Assembly: GCA_951406725.2 (NCBI GenBank)
Contig: OX597836.1
Span: 23,622,001-23,686,000, forward strand
Length of the DNA stretch: 64,000 nucleotides
From: Octopus vulgaris
Lineage: Eukaryota
Direction of reading: 5' to 3'
Position numbers and translations under genes: made by a program. Positions 54,407 through 64,000 of the stretch are shown here, one piece after another. Below the pieces are notes generated by a model. That model searched no databases. It was not told the origin of the DNA and saw only the letters and a program-made list of their open reading frames with translations. Position 1 is the first letter of the stretch, and each line of letters opens with the position of its first letter.

Positions 54407-55027
54407 TTATGGGAAGAAAAAAGAGAATACACAAATGCTTTCAAAGAATCTCGGAATAGAGTAGACATTTATGGAAAGCTATCGGATTACAGGGAGAACC
54501 GCATGGTGTCCCTATGATAAATGGTTTTATTGGGCTTTTATACAATGCTAATGAATGCAGTGGATGGAGGTTAATCTACGTACATACATATACACAAATT
54601 TCCAGACACACACACACACATCCTAGCTTATATTCCTCCAGTGTAGCTTTAACTTTTCGAAGTTGATATATAAGTAACCGTTTCGTCCCTCTGCACATTT
54701 CTGATCGATTTATATATCATCCACCAACTAAATCGACAGCTAAACAACTACATATATATTGTGTAACTAAACGTGTTATTTCTTGAGTTTGACAGTAGCT
54801 GATAAGGTGATAATCTACCAAGATATATTAGTGTCCCGAAAAATAACTTGCAGTAAAGATTCCATGAGATCCATTCTTTCCGTTTCTTAAATACCCATAG
54901 ACGTTATCAGAGTACAGACACCCTGTCGGGTCGTTCTGCGTTCTCAGTGATTAAAGTCCAGCGTACGTTAATTAAAGTCGCACTACTTAGGTTCGTTGAA
55001 ATGCAGCTCTCTCTCTGCTCGTGTGTA

Positions 55028-55079
<52 letters not shown>

Positions 55080-56289
55080 TGTGTGTGTATGTGTGTGTGT
55101 GTGTATGTGTGTGTTTATTAGTCAGAACGCTTACGAAACCTTCGATCTACTGGCCTGTAACCAGTCCTAACATGTGTCAAATATATTTTGCGTAAGAGGT
55201 TTCAAACCCACAGGAGATTTTGTTGGATGTACTAGTAAAAAGGAAATCCGCCCCCCACCCCACATTTATATTAGATATAATTCTATAGACAAGAATTACA
55301 AGTCGTAACTTTTAATGTACCGCAACCAATCCCAAATCTTTCTCAAACATCTTTTTATTCTCATTTTTAGTCTATATACGTTGATATAATAATTAACCAG
55401 TCGCGGTTATATCTCGCTGCGGGATTAAGCTGGGCTTGTGAAAACTAGGCTAACAAACGTACGATAAATGCAAGTGTTAAATAGGATATCCATATGCGGA
55501 TGAAGCCTGCAGTCCCCTTCCTCTTTAGACTGAAATACGTTGTTCCCTTATTTTGATGGTTGACTGAACTCGGATATGTCTGATGTCTTTTGGAAAGTAT
55601 TCATTTTGTAGGTGGTCGCCAATCCCACTGAATAACCTTTCTTCAGAAGAGGAAAACTTATTTTTAAAATAACTTTGTGCTAAATGCCAACAGAAACATT
55701 AAGGAAGTTATGTAAGTAAGATTATGTAAACACACACCTATTACACATTGAAATATATTACATTTATTTGTCAACAATTAAAAAGGACTTCAAGTGCTGG
55801 AATGTTTCCTTAATTTTTAGCTTTCTGCTACTGGGATTGTTCTATGATGACTTGTTTGAGTCTTATGCTTTCAAAATAATTTTAGACCATATAGTTTGAT
55901 TACAACTTTTGAATATAATTCTATATATTAATGAAATTAAATTACAAAATGAGAATAGCGTTGTCTATTAAAAATTCACCACCAGAGACTAAAACTTGTG
56001 CTGAATTCTTGGAAACATTGCAAGTAAGAAGAGTGGACTTTCACAATGTAGTGACACAGTACTTGGCAGAGAAGTAGAATATATTTTATGATAGGTCATT
56101 AAACGCTGTTGCTTTAATATAACGAAATTATAGCTTTCATATTTTATGCATATCGAATAGTGTTAAAGATATAAATGAAATAGAAAATTTACGGCTAAAC
56201 GTCCAAAGAGAGGTGCAAACTGGAATGATTACAACACAGCAGTATATTATTCATCCATTAATGAGGATTCAGTTTCTCTCTCTCTCTCT

Positions 56290-56374
<85 letters not shown>

Positions 56375-56508
56375 TTTTAGGCAGAGACGCGAAGGCTGCC
56401 CGTTGGTCAGTTCGAAAACATCCAGTTCCAAAAAGGAATTATTTCACGTTTTCTTGAAAGTTTATAAATTCTTACGACGCTAAATACCACACACACACAC
56501 ACAGACAG

Positions 56509-56580
<72 letters not shown>

Positions 56581-59199
56581 AAACACACACGCAAATACAC
56601 ACACACACACACACACACATACACACACACACACATGCACGCTCGTACACTCACGTGGATGGTTATACGGTAGAACCCCGGTTTTCGAACATTACGAGTA
56701 AAGAACAGCCTTCAGGAACGAATTAAATTCCTAAACTGAGGTTCTTCTGTATATCTTTCCCCAAATCTGCATGACTGTATATCAAGTTGTAGACGAAAGC
56801 TGTAAGACTTTAGTGCTATGCTTCTTTTTCCATGTCGACAGCCATGCAGATTTGGAAAAAGAAGTAGAAAAACACAAAATACAAAAGAGTAAAAGGGGGG
56901 CGGAATAAAGATTGTAATGAGACAATGATAAAGAGAAAGTGAAAGAAGAGATAGAAGGATCGAATGGTGAAGGGGAAAACGAAGCAAAATGCGAAACGGA
57001 ATAAGTTGTAGGAGACGTGAGAATCGTTATATCGATTCCGTTACTAACTCAAAATATGAGAATGTCTTCAGTAATTTATACAACCACCTTAACACACAGT
57101 GAGACACCCTCCGTATGTATGTATGTATGTATGTATGTATGTATGTATGTATGTATGTATGTATGTATGTATGTATGTATGTATGTATGTATGTATGCAT
57201 GCATGCATGTTTGTGTATGTGTGTATGTATCTATGTTACTATATATATATGTGTATGTGTGTGTGTGTGTGTATAAGATATATCGTCAAAAAAGTACCTT
57301 GCACACATACATGCATACACATATACATACATATACACAAATGCAAGATATATGAACAAAAAGCGAACGAGTGAATGCAGTAAAGCGAAAGAGAGGGGTG
57401 AGCTAAATACCTTAATTCCTACGAGGCAAAGCGAAATGCTCTTATACATTTATACACAAGAGTTGAAGAAGGAAGAGGGGAACAGAAAGTCACTGTAGGA
57501 TAAAAAGGAAAAAAATGAAAAACGAAAGAAAGAGGAAATCCAAATATTAATACTTGAGGAATGTCAGCTTACCGGCACTTAAATAAAGTGTAATTTTGAA
57601 CGAAACTCAATAAACAAAAGGGATACAAGCTCTCCCTTCTATAATAGGGAAAGAAAAGTCTGTTAGGAAGGATCTACTGTTTTTATGAAAAGCTTTTGCT
57701 AAATATTCAGCTAAGAAGATTTTACACACACAGAAAAGACAACACTAAATATCTAAAGTATATCCACAGTACTTGAAGGAATTTCTTAAATCAATGGAAA
57801 ATTATCAGATAAATTCCACCTTTGATTTGAACAAGATTTCGTTGCTCTTTCGAACAGATTGTGTGATGGCTTAGACATCCCAGTTTTGTTCTCTAGAATT
57901 ACAATAAAAAGCTCAGATTGGTACAACATGCATGCTTCTTTAAATTTGTGAGGGTTAAGTGTCACTAGTCAACGCTTGGAAAACTTTACCTGCAGTAATG
58001 AGCGGGTATTTCATGAATAAGAGGAAAGATGCAAATGAGGAAGTTGGTAAGTGACGGTCTGAACTAATAAGATTCAGATACGAATGTTTGATAAAAAATA
58101 AAGAAATGTTTCTATGAAATATATTTCTGACTAATAATCCCGGATGATTTCTCATAGACATGTTTCTTTCTACGTTATATCAGATAAATGTTTCGTTTGT
58201 GCAGCTATAGCATTAAGGTGGGCGTCTTAATGCAGTGATGAGGTTTGGCAAATTGAATCAGCTACCTGATTCCATTTCCCGGGTGAAACTACTTCAGCTA
58301 TTTCGTTTAATCTTCAGGGACATATCAGACTGTAAATTTTCCGCAAAACTCAACTTCCACACGTAAGCAAAACATCCATTGTACACATCATATACATCAC
58401 TTAAAGTATAGAGTTTTGAGTTAATTGGACGCCATACTAGATGTCTCGCTCTGACCACTGATCTGGTCGTTTTCTGCAGGTATTCTTTTGTGTTATTTGG
58501 AAAGACACTTATTGTTTCGATAGAAACACAACAATGCACCATCAAAATCATCTGCCACAACGACTGTCACCTTTGAGTTGGCCACATCAAATATTAAAAT
58601 TATTAATAAATATAAAACGTTTCACATTGACAGTGCGTCACATTTAAAGTTAAATGTGAGACATGAGTCCTCTTGGATTCGTTTATGATATTTTTATCCG
58701 AAGAAAAGCTGAGCTTCTCTCCTGACAGTGTTCCCCCTATTTGTTTTGGTAAGGCTTCACTAACACATTTACCTTACAGCAACAACAACGAAATCGGACA
58801 ATTTGCCAACTCATTTAGATAGTAATAAAAATATTTGGTGGTTACAGTATCGATTCGGGTATGAGAATATCTTGTTTTATATTTCATCTTATTTTATACC
58901 TCATGCTGATTTATCTTTGTTATAAATGCTATATTTAGAGTAACAACGGTAGTTACCATTATTGCTGAAGCGATGCTTATTGTTTTTGTTACCTTTCCAA
59001 GTCAAACAAGCTTTTCATGGTAAGATCTGCTCTACATATTTCCCCGTCCGGTATTTTATTTTTAATTGTTGATGTTTTAACATGTTGCATAAGTTTGTTT
59101 GTTAAGGTACTCTGTACATTAGATTAGTGTTCATACAACAGGGACGATGACACGCACAAATCCTGCATGATAAATATAAATAAATTGAAAAAAGCAAAA

Positions 59200-60620
59200 A
59201 AAACAAATCTGATTGGCTCTCTTACCAGCACAACAACTAGTATCTCAAACATATAGTGTTTTTGCTTACTGCTGTTCTTTTACCTCTGCTACAACGAATT
59301 ATGTTGCTTTCAATTAACAAGCTACGTAGCAATAAGAAACCTTATGTACCAACTTCTCGTCCTCATTCCGTGTATCACGCTCGAAATACGGCATTGAACA
59401 TTGCATCCAATCTTTCCTGATCAGAATTACTAATCTCTAGAATTCTTTTATACAGATATCAATTTATACTAACTTGGGAGAGCTCGAAAATGTCAATGAT
59501 ACTACTCTTCATTATACATAAGTTAATGTTATTATACTGAAAGCTTCTTCGATGTTTCCTGTCGTAAAAGAGTTATTATTAACGATCTGAGCTGCGGTTT
59601 GATGGCTCAGTTTTTACTGATGTTCCCATTTACCTCAACCTGTGCACATCATCAGTTGATGGTTTGTATTTTACTCTTTTCATCATTCTTTCTGGATTTA
59701 CATCCAGTATTTCTACTTTAAATTTTCGTACAAGAAATTGGTTTTTAGAAGGAACCTAGATGTCTAGCACGGCGGGCGAAATGCGTAGCCGTGGTGAGGA
59801 GATTCTGCTATTGACAGGTGATATATGTAAAGAAGCACAAGCAATTATTAACATCTTATACTGTTTTCTATACACACACCGCACAATCTGATCGTGTGTT
59901 GCTTTCTTCACTGGAAACAAATTGTTCATAACGTAAATAATTGTAAATGACACTCTAAAATAAATAGATAAATAAAAATAAAGAAGAAAAACAAAAAAAA
60001 AAAGCATTCTTTCAATTTGGTGAACTAAGTAACCCCGGCCAAGAAGCAAAAGACTAAAACTGATTCTGTTGCTTATAATAACGAGTTAACAGATCAATGG
60101 ATGAAGCTATGCGTTGAAAGTGAGGCCAAATAGTTTTCATTTAATGGTTAATGTAGATTCCATGCAAAGGGGATTTGAGGTCTTCTATAAAGCCTCAAGT
60201 GTTATCTAATATCAAGCAGCCATCAGAATATACACTTGGGATTGGGAAAAAAGTGATACTAAGTGCTTTTTGATGAGCTTTACCGATGTTGCACTTTGAA
60301 TTCAACCTATATACCTCTGTATCTTCTGGAATGTTGTCAAGCACTCACAGCCCTCTAGCAGTCGGGCAATGTGGCCTGGGGAACATCTATATTAGCTTTC
60401 TCTAGAGAATTAGGACGGAGAATAGCGTCGACGCTCTCGGAGAAAACTTTGGATGTCATACAGAATCAACTGATTCGTCTATTCTGCAGGACTTTCAGCT
60501 TGAGGGTCATGGGTAGTTTCTAGAACTCTTTGGCATGTGAGTACACATCATTGACAAAGCTCATCGAGTCAGAAATGCATATGGATTTCTCGCTTGCAGC
60601 CTTTTTTTGTCTTCCTCTGA
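59200..60620 (-). mobile_element. Very decayed RTE-like LINE remnant
   Basis: Faint rc motifs resembling GIYL and LLYGSE; many stops. Confidence 0.3.
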
Positions 60621-60738
60621 TGATTATTGTTTCAAACACACACGTCCATAAGAGATTTTATCACCGAGGAAAACCGTAGTAATTTACCTGTCGACGGTGT
60701 ATATACATGAATTATAACCCATAGATGGCTACATATAT

Positions 60739-60800
<62 letters not shown>

Positions 60801-60899
60801 ATTTATGTGTGTATATATGATTATGTTTATATATATGTATTTGTGTGCATGTGTGTTTATAGACATATAGCTGTCAGCACTTAAAGAGAAACATATAGA

Positions 60900-60931
<32 letters not shown>

Positions 60932-61274
60932 TAGAGAGGGAGGGAGAGAGAGGGGGGAGAGAGAGAGGGAGGGAGAGAGAGATAGAGATAGAGAGAGAGT
61001 AAAGATATTGCCCAGCATTGAAATAAAAGAATTTCAAATATACCCGGATAATAAGCTGAAATTGGAAATTCTGTGGATATATTTACTACATAACCACTAA
61101 CATCTCAGCAACGACATACACACGCACATGCGCAAATCCACCATCAAGACAAGCACTTGCACAGCCAATGCACACATGTAGCAAATGCATACGCACGAGT
61201 ATTCACACACACACGCACACACGCACATATACATATAAATATACAATATGTCTATCTCTCTCTCTCTCTATCTA

Positions 61275-61363
<89 letters not shown>

Positions 61364-62224
61364 TTATCTACAGGTATAAGTTGGTTTATAGTGACGTAGG
61401 AATGGAGAAACAGAATACATAAAATAGTTCCATAGGAAAAGTTCTTCACTTGACACAAACCATTGGTGAGATGCTTCGAGCCAGGAAAAGAAACGGCTGA
61501 ACGCTGACCTTACCAGAAAACAGCAAGGAAGCACGTTCGAGCGAGGTGACTGAGTGTGCGTGCGTACGTGCGTGCGTGTGTGTGTGTGTGTGTGTGTATG
61601 TGTGTGTATCTTACCTTACAAATATGCGTATTTGTGTATACACACACACACATACACACAAATGGAAGACAACTTTTTATTAATAGATTTTATTTACCAT
61701 AATAAAAAAGCCCACATGGTTAGTTTGGGAAAATGTATATCCAAAATTGATAGCTATCAAAGTATCCAGTCTATATCAGCATCATCGTCAGAAAGCAAAT
61801 TGGTTTCGGTTTCTGTGCTTCTCTTTTTATAATCGATGGCTTATGTTTATACAGACTTTCTTTTTACAAATTAACAGTTTGCACGTCAGAGTCTCACGTC
61901 ATCAAAGGCCACTGTTCATAGCGATCGTGACGGGACTCAGTCCGTTACTGTTTCCAATATCAGGTGACATCGTTGCCAACGACTGCGTGGGTGGAGAATC
62001 CTCGCTTTGATGTGCGGTGGATGACCCCGATTCTGCGTCGATTTCTTGGGTGCCGGCATAACTTCTCCGCTCTTACCTTGCAACCCTTACCGGTCGGTCT
62101 TGTAGGTGTGGCGTCTGCAGTTTACTCCTTTGAGGTTAACTAATTTCATTACATTCACCTCGACTCTTCACGCCACCGATGTTATCCAAAGGATAAGCAA
62201 AGGTCGATATAGTTTGGCACCATT

Positions 62225-62305
62225 GACACCGCAACTCATTTCTACAGCTGAGTGAGCTGGAGCAACGCGAAATAAAGTGTCTTGCTCAAAAACACAACAA
62301 ATAGC
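62225..62305 (-). mobile_element. SINE central-domain fragment
   Basis: rc gtgtttttgagcaagacactttatttcgcgttgctccagctcactcagctgtagaaatgagt, resembling Deu/Nin-type SINE cores. Confidence 0.55.
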
Positions 62306-63100
62306 CCGTCACTAGAAAAACTCTTATATATTTGCAAAGCAGCCTTGTCTTTCATCGCGACCTGGTGGTTACCGCCCGTTGATAAGGGACAATAATCCAG
62401 AAACTAGACCGTGCGTATCACTCAGGCTTGCGAGAAAAGGATTGCCTCCCTTTGCAAACACTTCAAGGGCACTGAAATGGTGTCTAAAGCAAGCTAGAGA
62501 CGATGATCTCCTGGGGCTATAGAGCTACAGTAACACCCCTCCCCTTTGTGGTTAGCCATATTAAAATGGCTTCTATACTTTACATTATCGAGCGGTTACT
62601 GTTTATATCTCATTCTGAGATTTAATAAAGTATACAGATATTTCTGAAGAAACAAGAGAAAGGGTTAGGGGAACAATGAAAAGATTGGTTACTAAGATAA
62701 TATAAGCAATGAGATAATGTGGAAGCCAGAGAGAGAGAGAGAGAGGGAGGAAGAAAGAGAGAGAATTATGAAGTAGACGTAATAATAGAGGAAATTGAAA
62801 GAGGGAAAGTGAAAGGTTAAACGCAGAGAAATGAGGTGTGTGGGAGACAAGTTAGAAGATTTAAATGAGGAGGAAGGAGGGTGTTCTGTAAGAATAGAGG
62901 GGTATAAAGAAGAGAAGATACTGATACAGGAAGCAGGAACAGTCGCGAAGGATGGGCGAGAAGGAGGGGAACCTTCTCGTTTTTAACCAAGACATAATCG
63001 TGCCTTCTCTTCCTCTTTTCTCCATTCTATAAATCGCCAATTAAAACATTGGCCAATTTATAAGAAAATGAAGAATTACTATACGTATGTATGTATGTGT

Positions 63101-63418
63101 GGAGGCGCAATTGCCTAGTGGTTAGGGCAGCAGACTCGCGGTCGCAGGATCGCGGTTTCGATTCCCAGACCGGGCGTTGTGAGTGTTTATTGAGCGAAAA
63201 CACCTAAAAGCTCCACTGTTCTCCGGCAGGGGATGGTGATCCCTGCTGTACTCTTTCACCACTCTTTCTCCCACTCTTTCTTCTGTTGGCCTGCTCGCTT
63301 AGCCAGCGGGATGGCGTCATTCGAAGGCTAAAACAATGCGAACGCATTGTGACCAGCGATGTGTAATGACATCTGATGGTCTGGTCGGTCACGTGATAGA
63401 CATCACGTGATCACGTGA
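63101..63418 (+). mobile_element. SINE family B head with an alternative 3' tail
   Basis: Head matches 2672-2850, then unrelated tail ending in cacgtgat repeats. Confidence 0.88.
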
Positions 63419-63548
63419 TGTATGTATGTATGTACGTATGTATGTATGTAACGGGAAGCTTTATGAAAATAAACAAAAGACGAAGGCAGGTGGAAAACAA
63501 ACGAACAATTGTATTAGTATGGCGCTCAGGAAATATAAATAAAACAAG

Positions 63549-63586
63549 TCTTTAACGTTTCGAGCCTACGCTCTTCAACAGAAAGA
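63549..63586 (-). ncRNA. Minimal hammerhead-like motif with variant core CUGUUGA
   Basis: rc UCUUU-CUGUUGA-AGAGC-guag-GCUC-GAAACGUU-AAAGA. Confidence 0.45.
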
Positions 63587-63768
63587 TACACAGAGAGAGA
63601 AAAACACAGAAAGAAGGAGAGAAAAAAAATGCGTGCAGTAGCTAACGAATCAACATGGCGATCTGATTTCGGCCAGAGGTCAAAGATCAAACATGAGACG
63701 CGAGAGCGAAATAAGGGGAGAATATAAGAGAAAATAAAAATACAACAAACGGGACAGTTTATGCGAAC

Positions 63769-63821
63769 AAGTTCAAGGTTGAAAGTTCAAGGTTGAAAGT
63801 TCAAGGTTGAAAGTTCAAGGT
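63769..63821. repeat. 14-bp tandem repeat aagttcaaggttga x about 3.8
   Basis: Directly visible. Confidence 0.9.
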
Positions 63822-64000
63822 GAGAAATGTGTAGACGTCGTGGTATATTTTTTAAGGATTTCACATCAATGCAAAGTCACTTTGATCCGCGAAAGAGAGG
63901 TGCAGCCGATGGTAAGTATCCAAGAGGTAAAGAAAATCCAAGGTAGAGGTAAGTGTTGATAGTGGTATTGGTAGAATATAGGATGAAAGTGAGACCACGT

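Larger units (their letters stand above)
63450..64000 (-). mobile_element. Putative PLE 3' fragment with hammerhead-like motif
   Basis: Organisation like 5750-5900; motif at 63549-63586. Confidence 0.55.

Noticed and set aside
54410-54570. RT-like remnant (LWK...LY)
   Set aside because: Too short and decayed to classify
57760-58560. Possible LINE RT remnant (FKYCG on minus strand)
   Set aside because: Single weak motif only

Overview
AT-rich, microsatellite-saturated eukaryotic DNA with no recognisable host protein-coding exon. Almost all ORF-track entries are translations of (CA)n, (TA)n, (TACA)n or (CCTA)n. The repeat complement strongly resembles an octopus (coleoid cephalopod) genome; this is inference from the SINE families and repeat density. 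Content: three tRNA-derived SINE families in many copies; decayed non-LTR retrotransposons (two large R4/Dong-type RLE elements, Tx1/L1-like, RTE and CR1/Jockey-like pieces); Tc1/mariner remnants; GG-ended MITEs, one with an exact 8-bp TSD; and many Penelope-like (PLE) pseudo-LTR fragments with fold-back structures. The PLE fragments carry ordinary minimal type I hammerhead ribozyme motifs. The main find is five diverged copies of a hammerhead-like motif whose three core strands lie in a non-circularly permuted (pseudoknotted) order, with compensatory changes in stems I and III and in an extra helix. A second lead is that the R4/Dong-type elements abut (TACA)n tracts, suggesting microsatellite targeting. 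All structures were paired by eye; none is experimentally tested.
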